From NCBI RefSeq assembly GCF_009914755.1, contig NC_060925.1: 64,000 bases of DNA; one strand, 5' to 3'. Source of the stretch: the human T2T-CHM13v2.0 reference genome, Homo sapiens. Numbering within the stretch: the stretch's first letter is position 1; every line of letters starts with the position of its first letter. The position numbers and the translations under genes were made by a program. Below are positions 1-13,929 of this stretch, one piece after another. The notes under the pieces were generated by a model that was not told the origin of the DNA, ran no database searches, and saw only the letters and a list, made by a program, of their open reading frames with translations.

Positions 1-1340
1 CAAAAATTGACAAGTGGGATCTCATCAAACTAAAGAGCTTTTGTACAGCAAAAGAAACTATCAACAGAGTAAACAGACAACCTACAGAATGGGAGAAAAT
101 ATTTGCAAACCATGTATCTGACAAAGCTATAATATCCAGAATCTGAAAGGAACTTAAATAGCTGAAAAATCAAAAAACAAATAATTTTGTTAAAAAATGG
201 GCAAAAGGCTGAGTGCAGTGGCTCACACCTGTGATCTTGCAATTTGGAAGGCCGACGCAGGAAGAGAGCTGGAGCCCAGAGTTTGAGACCGGCCAGGGCA
301 ATATAATGAGACTTCATCTCTACAAACTATAAACAAAATTAGCTGAGTATGGTGGTGTGCACCTTTAGTCCTAGCTACTCAGGAGGCTGAGATAGAAGGA
401 CTGCTTCAGCCCAGGAGGTCAAGGCTACAGTGAGCCAAGATTGTGCCACTACACTCCACCCTGGGTGACAGAGTGAGACCCTGTTTCAAAAAAAAAATGG
501 GCAAAAGACATGAACAGACACTTCTCAAAAGAAGATGGACAAGTGGCCAACAAACATGAAAAAATGCTCAACATCACTAATCATCAGAGAAATGCAAATC
601 AAAACCACAATGAGATACCATCTCGCATCAGTCAGAATGGCAACTAACAAAAAGTCAAAAACCAACAGATGCCGGCAAGGCTGCAGAGAAAAGAGAACAC
701 TTATACACTGCTGGTGGGAATGTGAATTAGTTCAGTCACTGTGGAAGGCAGTTTGGAGATTTCTCAAAATAACTTAAAACAGAACTACCATTCATCCCAG
801 CAATCCCATTACTGGATATATATCCAAAAGAAAATAAGTTGTTCTACCAAAAAGATACATGCACTTGTATAATATGTTCACTGCAGCACTATTCACAATA
901 GCAAAGACATGAAATCAACCGAGGTGCCCATCAACAGTGGACTGGATAAATACAATGTGGTACATATACACATGGAATGCTATGCAGCCATAAAAAGAAT
1001 GAGATTATATCTTTTGCAGCAACATGGATGCAGCTGGAGGCCATTATCCTAAGCAAATTAACACAGGAACAGGAAACCAAATACTGCATGTTCTCACTTA
1101 TAAGTGGCAGCTAAACATGGGGTACTCACAGACATAAAGATGGCAACAGTAGACTCTGGGGACTACTAGAGAGGGGAGAGAGGGAGGGGGACGTGGGCTG
1201 AAAAACTACTGATTGGGTACTATGCTCACTAAATGGGTTATGGGACTATCCATATTCCAAACCTCAGCATCATGCAATATACCCAGGTAACAAAACTGCA
1301 TATGTACCCCTTGTATCCAAAATAAAATAAAATAAAATAA
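1..1340 (+). mobile_element. L1PB-type LINE-1, 3' end of ORF2 plus 3'UTR, interrupted by an Alu at 207-491
   Basis: ORF2 C-terminal peptide (535..777 ...[17 protein letters not shown]...), L1PB-like 3'UTR, (AAAAT)n tail at 1319-1340. Confidence 0.93.
207..491 (+). mobile_element. AluJ
   Basis: Diverged Alu dimer with J-type features; 15-bp TSD AAAAAATGGGCAAAA at 192-206 and 492-506. Confidence 0.9.
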
Positions 1341-1397
1341 AGTCTTCTAAAAGAATGTATAAAATTGATAAACATCTAGCAAAACTGACAAGGATTT

Positions 1398-1962
1398 TGT
1401 ATTAGTCATGGTTCTCCAGAGGAACAGAACTAGTAGGATATATGACTACATATATAAGGGAGTTTATTAGGGAGAATTGGCTCACAGGATTACAAGACAA
1501 AGTCCCACAATAGGCCGCCTGTAAGCTGGGGAAGACAGAAGCTGGTAGTGGCTCAGTCTGAGTCCGAAAGCTTCAAACCAGGGAAGCCGACAGTATAGCC
1601 TTCAGTCTGTGGCCAGAGGCCCAAAAACCCCTGGCAATTCCCTGGTGCAAGTCCCAGAGTCCAAAGGCCAAAGAACCTGCAGTTTGAGGTCCAAAGGGCA
1701 GGAGAAGCAGAAGGAAGCATCCAAGGCTGGAGAAAGAAGGCAGCCAGAAGGCTCAGCAAGCAAAGCTTATCCCACCTTCTTCTGGCTGCTTTGTTCTAGC
1801 CACACTGGCACAATGAGGGTGGGTCTTCCTCTACCAGTCCACTGACTCAAATGTCAATCTCCTCTGGCAGTACCCTCACAGACACCCCTAGAAATAATAC
1901 TTTACCAGCTATCTAGGCATCCTTCAATCCAACCAAGTTGACACCTAATATTAACCATCACA
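1398..1962 (-). mobile_element. MLT2B-like ERVL solo LTR
   Basis: Termini TGTATTAGTC...TTAACCATCACA (reverse complement of the MLT2 ends); 5-bp TSD GATTT at 1393-1397 and 1963-1967. Confidence 0.9.
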
Positions 1963-2016
1963 GATTTTTTAAAAGATAAGACTCAAGTCACCAACATCAA
2001 AAATGAAACAAAGACG

Positions 2017-2107
2017 GGGGACGATTGCTTGAGCCCAGGAGTTCGAGACCAACCTGGGCAACATAGCAAGGCCTGTCTCTTAAAAATAAATAAATAAATA
2101 AATAAAC
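2017..2107 (+). mobile_element. FLAM/Alu monomer fragment with (TAAA)n tail
   Basis: GATTGCTTGAGCCCAGGAGTTCGAGACCAACCTGGGCAACATAGC followed by an A-rich tail. Confidence 0.8.
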
Positions 2108-2960
2108 AAAAATTTTAAAAAACCTATCTCAACAGAATCTAAAGACAATAAAAGGATAATAAGGGAAAATTATGAATAACTTTACTGTTATGAATTCAAC
2201 AACTTAGCAAAACTAATCAATTTCTTAAAAAAACACAAACTGCCCAATCTCAGGCAAGATAAAACAGATCACCTAAATAGTTCTATAACTACTAAAGAAA
2301 TAATTCTGATTTTGTCATTAAATATCCTGAAAAAGAAATGTCCAGACCAAGGTGGTTTTATTATGGGATTTTGCCAAACACTCAATGAAGAATTAACACC
2401 ATTTTTAAACAAACTCTTTCAGAAAATAGAAGAAGAAACACTTTCCAACTCATTTTATGAGATCAATAGTACTCTGACAACCAAAACCAAAGAAGCACCA
2501 GAAAAAGAAACTACAGACCAATATATTTCATTCACTTAGATGCAAAAATCCTTAAAATTTTGCAAACTGAATCTAACAATATTTGTGGATATATTGTGTG
2601 TGTACCTAATGTGTGTATATGTATAATGTGTGTGTATGTATAATATATGTATAAGTATGTGCTGTCATGACAAAGTGAGATTTATTTCATGTATGCAAGG
2701 CTGATTCAATATTCAAAAATAAATCAATGTAACCTACCATATCAATAAGCTAAGAAAGAAAAATCATACATCCATATCAATTGATACTAAAAAAAGTATT
2801 TGATGTAATCCAACATTCATTCAGGATAAAATGTCTCAGCATACTAAGGACAGAGAGAAACTTTCTTGACCCCGTAAAGAGCAGGTACAAAAAACCTACA
2901 TAATTAGCATTACATTTAATAGTGAAAGACTGATTTCCTTCTATGATTAAGAAGAAGGCA

Positions 2961-3252
2961 GCCAGGCATGGTGGCTCACGCCTGTAATCCCAGCTCTTTG
3001 GGAGGCCGAGGCCGGTGTATCACCTGAGGTCAGGAGTTCGAGACCAGCCTGACCAATAATTGTGAAATCCCCTACTAAAAACACAAAATTGGCCAGGAGT
3101 GGTGGCATGCACCTGTGTCCCAGCTACTCAAGAGGCTGAGACAGCAGAATTGCTTGAATCCGGGAGGCAGAGGTTGCAGGGAGCCAAGATCGTGCCACTG
3201 CACACTATCCTGGGCAACAAAGCAAGACTCCATCTCAAAAAAAAAGAAGAAG
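2961..3252 (+). mobile_element. AluS
   Basis: Full dimer; TSD AAGAAGAAGGCA at 2949-2960 and 3253-3264. Confidence 0.92.
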
Positions 3253-3490
3253 AAGAAGAAGGCAAGGATGTCCACTCTCACCACTTTTATTGAACATAGT
3301 ACAGGAAGTTCCAGCCATTGCAATAAAGCAAGAAAAATGAAGACATATGGATTGGAAAGAAATAAAACTGTCTCTATTTTCTGATGACATGATTGTCTAC
3401 ATTTAAAAAAAACCCTCAAAGTGAAGAACACAAGATCAACACACAAAAATCAATTGCATTTCTATATCTTGACAATGAAGAAATGGAAAT

Positions 3491-3577
3491 GAAAATTTAA
3501 AACATAGGTATAATTTTCCAAAGAAAATTTAAAACACAGGTATAATTTTCCAAAGAAAATTTAAAATATAGGTATAA
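3491..3577. repeat. 32-bp tandem repeat, ~2.7 copies
   Basis: GAAAATTTAAAACATAGGTATAATTTTCCAAA at 3491, 3523 and (partial) 3555. Confidence 0.9.
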
Positions 3578-5085
3578 ATCTAAGATAACATGTGCAAGAT
3601 TTACATAATTAAAATTATAATTTGTGCAGGAAGGTTTACATGGAAAAAAAAAAGAAAAAACAAAAAAAAATTAAAAAAATATAAAATCCTGATGAAAGAA
3701 ATCAATGAAGACTTAAACACCTGGGGACATGCCATGTCCATGGATTGAAAGAAGCAACGCAGTGATGATGGCAATTCTCCCTAAATCAACGTATAGGTTT
3801 AACACAATTTCAATTAACATTTGGTTAAGTTACAACAACAAAATTCTACATTAGATAGATTTTTTTAAAGTGGCTCTTCCACAGAGACAAATTCCATTGA
3901 AATTAATTTCAATTTGTAAAATAATTATGGCATGTATCATCATTACATAGTCTCAAGAATACTACTGTGGACTTTAAATAAGGAGGAAAGGAATTAGTAA
4001 ACAGCAATTTGAAACAATTCTAACGATTTTTTTTAAAACTGCTAATAACAACAAATGCTACACAAGCAACAAAAGCAAAAATAAACAAATGGGTCTAAAT
4101 CAACTTTAAACTTTTTGTGCACCAAGGGACACAATCAACAGAGTGAAAAGGCAATGTACAAAATGAGAAAATGTTTGCAAAACATATTATCTGACAAGGA
4201 GTTGATACCTAGAATATATAAAGAACTACAACTCAACAAGAAAAAATCAAATAACCCTATTTGTTTATTTATTCTATAATTTCAACTTTTATTTTAGATT
4301 CAGGGGGTACATGTACAGGTTTGTCACCTGAGTATATTGCATGATGCTGAGGTTTGGGGTATAATTGATTCCATCACACAGGTAGTGAGCATAGTACCCA
4401 ATTGGTAGTTTTTCAGCCCACATTCTTCACCCTCCTACCTCCATATAGTAATCCCCAGAGTCTATTGTTGTCATCTTTACGTCCATGAGTACCCAATGTT
4501 TAGCTGCCACTTATAAGTGAGAACATGCAGTATTTGGTTACCTGTTCCTGCGTTAATTTGCTTAAGATAATGGCCTCCAGCTGCATCCATGTTGCTGCAA
4601 AAGATATCTCATTCTTTTTATGGCTGCGTAGCATTCTATGGTGTATATGTACCACATTTTATTTATCCAATCCACCGCTGATGGCACCTCGGTTGATTTC
4701 ATGTCTTTGCTATTGTGAATAGTGCTGCAATGAACATATTATACAAGTACATGTATCTTTTTGGTAGAACAACTTATTTTCTTTTGGATATATATCCAGT
4801 AATGGGATTGCTGGGTCGAATAGTAGTTCTGTTTTAAGTTATTTGAGAAATCTCTGAACTGCTTTCCACAGTGACTGAACTAATTTACATTCTCACCAGT
4901 AGTGTATAAGCGTTCTCTTTTCTCTGCAGCCTTGCTGGCATCTGTTGGTTTTTGACTTTTCGTTAGTTGCCATTCTGACTGATGCGAGATGGTATCTCAT
5001 TGTGGTTTTGATTTGCATGTCTCTGGTGATTAGTGATGTTGAGCACTTTGTCATATTTGTTAGCCAGTTGTCCATCTTCTTTTGA

Positions 5086-5404
<319 letters not shown>

Positions 5405-6569
5405 TTTTGCCCACCTTTTAATGGTGTTGTTTTTTGTTTGTTCAACTGTTTAAGTTCTTTAGATTCTGGATATTAGACCTTTGTCACATACATAGTTTGC
5501 AGGCATTTTCTCCCATTCTGTAGGTTGTCTGTCTACTCTGCTGTTAGTTTATTTTGCCGTACAGAAGCTCTTTACTTTGGCTAGGTCCCACCTATAAATT
5601 TTTTTGCTGCAATTGCTTTTGGGGACTTAGCCATAAATCCTTCATCAAGGCAATGTTGGGAAGGGTATTTCCTAGGTTTTCTTATAGGATTTTTATAGTT
5701 TGAGGACTTATATTTAAATCTTTAAAACAGCTAGTTTTTCTACACGGTGAGGGGTAGGTGTCCAGTTTCATTTTTCTGCATATGGCTAGCCAGTTATCCC
5801 AGTATCTTTTATTGAACAGGGAAACAGGAAGTCTTTTCCATATTAGTTTTGTCAACTTTGTTAACCATGTGGCTTTATTTCTGGATTCTCTATTCTATTT
5901 CCCTGGTCTATGTGTCTGTTTTTGTACCAGTACTATGGCTATTTTGTTTACTACAGCCTTACAGTATATAGTTTGAAGTCAGGTATTGTGATGCCTCCAG
6001 CTTTGTTCTTTTTGCTTAGGATTGCTTTAGCTATGCAGGGTCTTTTTTGGTTCCCTATGAATTTTCAAATAGTTTTTGTTTTGTTTTGTTTTTTTAGTTC
6101 TGTGAAAAATGACTTTGGTAGCTTGATAAGTATAGCACTGAATCTGTAGACTGCTTTGGGCAGTATGGCCATTTTAACAATATTGATTAATCCAATCCAT
6201 GAGCATGGAATGTTTTTTTCGTACTCTCTGATTTCTTTCAGCAGTGTCTTGTAGCTGTCCTTGCAGAGATCTTTCACCTCCTTGATTAGATGTATTCTTA
6301 GGCTTTGGTTGTTGTTGTTATTATTGATGTTGGGGATTTTTTTTTGTGGCTACTGTAAGTGGGATTGCATTCTTGATTTGGCTCTTAGCTTGAATGCTAT
6401 TGGTGTATAGAAATGTTACTGGTTTTTGTGCATTGGTCTTTTATCCTGAAACTGTATAACAGCTGTTTATAAGTTCCAGGGGCTTTTTGGCAGAGTCTTT
6501 AGGGTTTTCTAGGTATTGGATCGTATCAATAAGGAGAGATGATTTGACTTCTTATTTGGATGCCTTTTT

Positions 6570-6871
6570 TTTTTTTTTTTTTTGAGACGGAGTCTCGCTC
6601 TGTCGCCCAGGCCGGACTGCGGACTGCAGTGGCGCAATCTCGGCTCACTGCAAGCTCCGCTTCCTGGGTTCACGCCATTCTCCTGCCTCAGCCTCCTGAG
6701 TAGCTGGGACTACAGGCGCCCGCCACTGCGCCCGGCTAATTTTTTGTATTTTTAGTAGAGATGGGGTTTCACCTTGTTAGCCAGGATGGTCTCGATCTCC
6801 TGACCTCATGATCCACCCGCCTCGGCCTCCCAAAGTGCTGGGATTACAGGCGTGAGCCACCGCGCCCGGCC
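6570..6871 (-). mobile_element. AluYb8 (human-specific young Alu)
   Basis: Diagnostic 7-bp duplication GCAGTCCGCAGTCCGGCC, plus GGATCATGAGG and CTAACAAGGTG; pure poly-T tail; TSD TGGATGCCTTTT. Confidence 0.93.
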
Positions 6872-7760
6872 TGGATGCCTTTTATTTCTTTCTCTTGCCT
6901 GATTGCTCTGGCTAGGACTTCCAATAACCCTATTTAAAAATGGGCTAATGCCTTGAATAGAAAGAGGATATACAAATGACCAATAAGCAAATGAAAAGAT
7001 GTCCAATGTTACTAATCATAAGAGAAATACAAATCAAATCTGTAACAAATATCATATTGCACCCATTAAGACAGCTACAATCAAAATATCACAAAATAAG
7101 TGGCAAGGTTGAGGAGAAATTGTAACACCTGTGCACTGTTGGTGTGATAGTAAAATGGTGCAACTCCTATGGAAAACAATATGGAGGTTCCTCAAAAATT
7201 AAAAATAGAACTACCATATACTCCAGCAATTTCACTTCAGGGTATAATCTGAAAAAAATTAACAGCACAGTCTTGAAGAGGTATTTGCATGCCCATGTTC
7301 ATAGAAGCAGTGTTCACAACAGCCAACAGGTGGAAGCAACACAACTGTCCATGGATGATGAATGGATAAACAAATGTGGTACATACTTATAACGGAATAG
7401 TATTCAGCTTTAAAAACTAAGGAAATTCTGACATATCCTACAACATGGATGAACTTGGAGGACATTATATTAAGTGAAATAAGCCAGTTACAAAAGACAA
7501 GTATGTATGATTCCGCTTGTATGAGGTATCTAAAGTGGTCAAATTCATAGAAACATAAAGTAGAATAGTGGTTACCAGGGGCAGAGGGTGAAGCTAGGGG
7601 GAGGTGGGTGAAAAGCAGAGTTGTTTAATGAGTATAGAGTTTGAGGTTTACCAGATGAAAATGTTCTGAAGGTCGTTTCACAATAATGTGAACTGTATAC
7701 CTCTGCACTGTACATTTAAAAATGTTTAAGATGTTTTTATCACAGTAAAAAAAATTATAC

Positions 7761-8050
7761 AGCCAGGCATGGTGGTTCACACCTGTAATCCCTGCATTTT
7801 GGGATGCTAAGGCTGGTGGACCACTTGAGCTCAGGAGTTTGAGACCAGCTTGGGCAATATGGCAAAACCCTGTCTTTACGAAAAATATAAAAATTAGTTG
7901 GGCACGGTGGTACACCTGTAGTCCCAGCTACTCAGGGGGCTGAGGTGGGAGGATCGCTTGAGCCCAGGAATTTAAGGCTGCAGTGAACCATTATCACACC
8001 ACTGCACTCCAGCCTAGGTGACAGAGGGAGACCTTGTCTCAAAAAAGAAA
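7761..8050 (+). mobile_element. AluJ
   Basis: Diverged dimer with GGAGGATCGCTTGAGCCCAGG in the right arm. Confidence 0.9.
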
Positions 8051-11000
8051 ATATATATATATTAAAAATAATGCTACAAAATATTCACTGGAAGAAAAAT
8101 TTGCCTTTGTGGAATGCCTACAATCACCCAAATAATTATATAAATACTAAGATGTTCACACTCTTGAACTATATTATCAGGTAATTTTACTTGGAGATCT
8201 AAATCACTCTATTTATAGATATTGCTGAGTGTATTTGCCTAATTTTATTCCCAGTAGAAGCTACACTTGAGGACCTTCACACATCCTATGTTTATATTAT
8301 TCTAAGTCCTTGTAGGTTCTAAAAACAAAATTCACAGATACTCTCTTAAGCACAATATGGAAGTATATGCCCTACTAGAATGAAAAACCATATTCACTTT
8401 TAATCCTAAGTCAAGGATGAAAATAGGTCTTGATGCATATTATATACTCAAGATAAATGTTTAAAAAAGAAAATGCCTCTTATTCTGAAATGTCAACCCC
8501 ATAACATATGTAGCAGTAAATGTTTCTTTCTGCCAAAAATGCTCATTTGGCACTGATTTTTGACAAGGCTTTTTGCACATATATATATACAGCTCACTTA
8601 ATTTTGAGAAGCACTGATCCCTCCCTTTCAAATTTTCCTTACTATTTGTCTATTTCCCTATCATTATTGTGGCAAGTTCCAGAAACAACTTGTTTATATT
8701 TTCCAAAAAAATAATGGGTTGAAAAGTATATCTATTAACTAAGGGGGAAGCTGATGTAAACTGGAAATAGGCATCACAGATTAGTTTAAAAAAAATTCAG
8801 TTAACTTGAGAAGATACTTTTTCCTCAAATACTCTAAAGAAAAAAAAAACAAAAGGACTAATAAACCAATAAAGGTTGTCCTCTTATTTACATATGACAG
8901 CAAATACTAGCATCTACTGTCAAAATTAGTATCTAAAACAGGCAGCTATAGACCAATTTCAAATCTCATTATGCTTCTGCATGCTAATTCTGCCTTGCTT
9001 TTTCTCTCTAGCTCCATTTTTCACATTGTAAAAATGGTGGAAATAATATCTGCTAATCTTTAAAATTCTAGATTTAAGAGATGCTAAAAAAAATTGTCAT
9101 CTTGGATGTGATCAAACCTAAACATAAATGAAAATGCCCCCATCTGGTTTCATAAATATTAAACTGGTTATAGAAAGTATTCAAGTTCTTTTTTTTTTTT
9201 TTTTTTTTGGAAATGTTTAGTTTCTAGCTTTTCTCTCCAAAAAACAACTAGCATGTATTTGTTAGTTAACTGCAGACTGACTGGTTCCAAATATAGACTA
9301 AGATGTGTGCTAAAATTACTGTCCTGATTTTCAGCAATCATTATGAATATCACACATGGTCGTAGATTTTATTTGTTAAGTACTTTGAAAAAATAGATTT
9401 TTCAATAATAGTAATGACAAAATACACATGAAAATTTTCCCATCAAATGCAATAATTCAAATTAAACCCAAAGATGCTAACTTTTTCTACCAACACTTTA
9501 CATTATGACATAGTGTTAAGACCACATCAATTAAAGAAGATTTTACACAATAAAGTTTAAGTGGAGTCATTTCACTTACAAAACAAAAATAGTCCTACCT
9601 TACATGAGAGATATATCTAAGCATCCTGAAAATTCCAATCCAACAAATAGCATTGAAATGATCTTGAAGCTGCTGCCTAGATTACTGCTGAGCCACCTTC
9701 CAAATCTAAAAATGCTCAATTTACTTTAAAAAGTCAACTTCACTACATATACACTAATGGAAGAGGGAGGAAAATGTTTATAAAAACAGCTACTGCCATA
9801 CCGTTGAATTAGACATGGCGCCAGCTCACACTCTGCAAAATAGGGGGTAAGAGAGATGAAAATTTTCTAAATAATCCTTTGTCAACTATACTGTTCCATT
9901 ACACATAACTAAGCAGAAAGACAAAAATAACACCAAGTTAGAAAGCTCAGGTGCTACAGCACAATTTAGAAAGAGCAAGCAATGTGGATGGTTCAATATG
10001 CCCAGTGGACCAACAATCTCACCAATTTCAAAAGAAAGGATCAGAGACCTTTGGGTCAGCCACAGAGAAGACCCAGTGAATGCTGGAGTACTTAACTCTA
10101 CACCTTCAAAGGAAACATAAGCCAACTAGTTGCTTGCAAATAAAAGGTGAAAGAAAAAGGGGGAAAATTTACTTATCACTCACCATCCCAGAGCCAAAAC
10201 AATTCCAATATCTTGGCTCTGTCAACTACTGTGTGTACTATGGACAGAAGTGTGTTAACAGATAAATGTCAAATAGGAAATAACAGAAATAAAGATTAGT
10301 GGAGAATACTCAAGCTTATTTAAGTTTAACTTTTCTACTTTAACTTAACTCCAGGAAAAATATTTGCTAAGCTCACTTCAACTTTGACAGATAATGCCTG
10401 AGAGAAATGGAGATAGATTTACCACCTTCTAAGAGCTTACAAACTTTTCAATAATAGGTTTCAACTAAGCACAGGACAAATTCTGCCTAAAATACTCTGC
10501 CTATGTTAATGTCCAGCTTCTATCAGAAATCCTCTTTCAGGACCTGAAAAGTGGGGTGGGAATCCTCTTTTTGGTTTATAATGTGATGCTTTTGTTTTCA
10601 TTGTTTCAAGTCTCTCAAGACTGATGGCATAGTATAAGAACCTGCCTCTCTGCTCCCTAGTTGTGCCCTCAGGCACATTCATCTGCCTTGGCTCTGCTTC
10701 CACTGGCTCTCATAGACACTTAATGGCCTGCCTACCTCAATGGATTCCCAGCCTTGAAAGAGAGTGGAGGTAGGACAGTGAGGAAGCTCAGGTGAGAACC
10801 TGGAGGAGCAAGTCAGGAGCCCAAAGGACCCGTCCAACACTGGGCCCCTGCCCTTCTCATTGCAAGAAGGTAGTGCCAAGTATCCCTACAATGAATAGAG
10901 GAAACTGAAGCACAGTCTCTCTCCTGCATGAGGGGAATTTCCTCTGGTGGAAGGATACTGGGAACAAGGGGAGGGGGAGCATCTGAATGCTGAGAAGAGA

Positions 11001-11652
11001 TGTTGGGAACTTTATGCATCTGACAATCACTGTTCTCAAAGGTCATCTCTGGCAAATGTACAGGGGAGGCAGGAGAGGTCTTTAATGTCTGTCAACTGTC
11101 CCTCCCTTACACCTTATACCTTGTGCCCAGGACTTCTGCTCAGACCTAAGCAGAGGTCCCAAATTCCTGCTCTCACCTTTGTGAATTCCCCAAATTAGAG
11201 TGCAAAAGTGAGCTCACAGCTGTGCCTTGCAATATCAGGACCCTGAAGCTGGAGACCTGGGAATCTGATATAAGAGGATAGAATAAACTGAAATTTGAAG
11301 GAGATAGATATGTGTGTTGTGGGTGAGGGAATGCAGAGGTTTACAGCTGAAGTCCACAAATACAACACTGGAACCAGAAAGTAGTCTATCACATATTCTC
11401 CTTCTCTGACTATCAACTCTTACTCACTCTCACCAAGCCTGTTCTCCAACTTAGTATCTTCTCTCCTCAGTAACACCAACTGCCTGCCTTTCTCCCAGTC
11501 TCCATGATTTAATCAGTCTTTAGTCTAATCAAAAGAAGTTGCTTGAAAGACTATAATCTGAGGAGCCACAGACAAGATTGGGTGTTATGAATTATTAATA
11601 TGCAAATATTCTATAATCAACATGTAAGTATTCCAAATTGAACACTGGGAAT

Positions 11653-12065
11653 TGATACAGTTTGGATATGGGTCCCTATCCAAATCTCATGTTGAATTTT
11701 ATTCCCCAGTGTTGGAGGTGGGGGTGGGAAATATTTGAATCCTGGGGACATATCCATCATGAATGGCTTAATGCATCCCTTTGGCGGTAAGTGAGCGCTC
11801 ACTCTGAGTTCTCACAAGATCTGGTCACTTAAAGTGTGTGGCACCACCCCCTCACTCTCTCTCTTGCTCCTGCTTTCTGCTATGTGACGTGCCTGCTCCC
11901 CCTTCCCCTTCAACATGATTGGACGCTTCCTAAGGCCTCCCCAGAAGCAGATGCTGCCATGCTTCCAGTACAGCCTGCAGAACTGTGAGCCAATTACACC
12001 TCTTTTCTTATAAATTACCTAGTTTCAGGTATTTATTTATAGCAATGCAAGAATGGCCTAATATA
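11653..12065 (+). mobile_element. MST-type MaLR solo LTR
   Basis: TGATACAGTTTGGATAT...CCAAATCTCATGTTGAA...GCAATGCAAGAATGGCCTAATA. Confidence 0.88.
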
Positions 12066-12109
12066 AGAACTCAGTAGTTTCAAAACTTGCTTAAAATAGT
12101 GCAACTTCA

Positions 12110-12570
12110 AGACCTCATACCCTTTAACCCAGAAATTTTATTTCTGAGACTCTATGCAAAGGAACTAATATTCAAAATACAAAAAAAAGCATACGCACAA
12201 AGATGTTCATCACAGTGCTATTATTATCATCAATAATTGTTTATTATGATGTCATCAATAGTGACAATGAGGAACAATTAGGCAATGATAATACATCTAC
12301 CAAATGGAAAATTATGTAGTCATTTTTAAGCCTGCTATTAGGCATTTTAAACCTAGTATTAAGCCAGTTGTAATTAAATGAAAACTAAAGTTATAGAATT
12401 TTAAATTTAAAAATAATATAAAAGTAATATAGATACCATAATTAAAACTACGCATGAAAAAAGTGGAAAGAAACATGTCAAAAATGAATAGTGATTGTCT
12501 TTAGTTGGTCAAATTATGAGGGTGTTTTTTTCCTTTTTATATTCTTAAACTTTCCAAATTGTTCATAATT
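12110..12570 (+). mobile_element. L1ME-like 3' fragment
   Basis: CATACCCTTTAACCCAGAAATT...AAGATGTTCATCACAGTG, typical of old L1 3' ends. Confidence 0.6.
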
Positions 12571-13929
12571 ATCTAATGGGGGCCGGAGCTAAAAGGCAAA
12601 TTCCTTTGGAAGAGGAAAAATTGTACTTGCACAGAAAACTTTTTCTCAGTTTAGTTGACAATCCTTTTAGTACCCAGGAAACAGACCATTTCCTGGAAGG
12701 GGACTCGGGGCAACAGATATGGAGAATGTAAGAAAGAGAAATGATTAACAGATCAGAAACAGATCTCACTGTCTGACATTCAAGTTTCTTCATGATCTTT
12801 CACCATGTATCCAAACAGTAGATGAGCACTTCTTAGCTGAACCTTTATGTGGCTTTCTCTTTGCCTATCAGAATCCTTCCAGTCTCTGAGACTGATTTAA
12901 TTCACTTCAACCCATGAAGACTTTCCTGATCCTCTGATCATCCAAGGCTCTACTATTTCTCTTTTCTCTTAAGGTACCGCTATAGCAGTAGGTCTGCACC
13001 ACCCTTTTCTGGTATTAAGCCAATTCTAAGTTATTTGTTAATTACTCACGTGTAAGTAAAATTTCCCCTGCTAGACTTTAAGTTCCTTGAAGTGGGGAAT
13101 TTAGATGGTTTGCAGACTGTAGTCATTGGACAGAGGAGAGAGAGCAGTTCTAAAGCCAAGTTGGTATTATATTCATACTCTCAGTGATGTCATCTAAGTA
13201 AAATGTGCTGTCTCTGTTTTAAAATGTTGCTGCTGACCATCCATCACCAGGACATGCACTTTCCTTTTTTTTTTTTTAACAGCAGTGGTATTGTATTTTT
13301 GCTTATTCATTCATGCCAGTTCTGCTGTCCCCCTTAGGATTAAACAGATTGGATTACAAGATGCCTTGCCAAGGTTCAGGATATAGGTTATAGCCATGTA
13401 AAGAACAAAATGAAATGACTTTTAGGAATCAAACTCAAGACTCTTCACAAGACCCCACTTCTCATACTCTTGTTTGAACAACAAATATAAATTTGTGCCT
13501 CCATTTTATGTCCTTATTTAGGCAGTGGACTTTATCAATACCCCCGTTAACTTGAAAAAGAATTCTCCAATGCAAATGGTTCAATACTTTAGAAATGACA
13601 TACTAAGATGACTCTGTTCCTGCCTACCATCAATACTATGTGAGTATTTAGAGATAATGAGCATCTGTACTATAGCAACCTGCCTCTTGAGACATAAACA
13701 AGAGATGCATTTCTTAAGAAAAAATCTGTAAGTCGCTAATGAAAGCAAGTCAAAGGACCCATCAACGGGCGAAGAAAGACCTAGCATCCATTATTTTTAC
13801 AGAAGGAGCATAGAAGGTCAATATAATTGTTGACTCTTAACGGCAGGGTAACAACAAACTAATTCAGTTTCCCACTATATAAGAACTACATTTTACTACA
13901 ACACTCATATTTCTAAACTGACTAAGAGT

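Larger units (their letters stand above)
1968..3820 (+). mobile_element. Old L1M ORF2 fragment hosting a FLAM, an Alu and small insertions
   Basis: Degenerate ORF2 peptide in 2312..2539 (KKCPDQGGF...QTLNEELTPFLNKLFQKIEEETLSNSFYE). Confidence 0.85.

Noticed and set aside
1341-4262. A fixed inversion between the two inverted L1PB arms
   Set aside because: The TSD of the minus L1PB and the collinearity of its host L1M are intact, so there is no net inversion in this haplotype.
10630-11400. GC-richer block that might be an LTR or enhancer
   Set aside because: No termini, TSD or family match that I could recognise.
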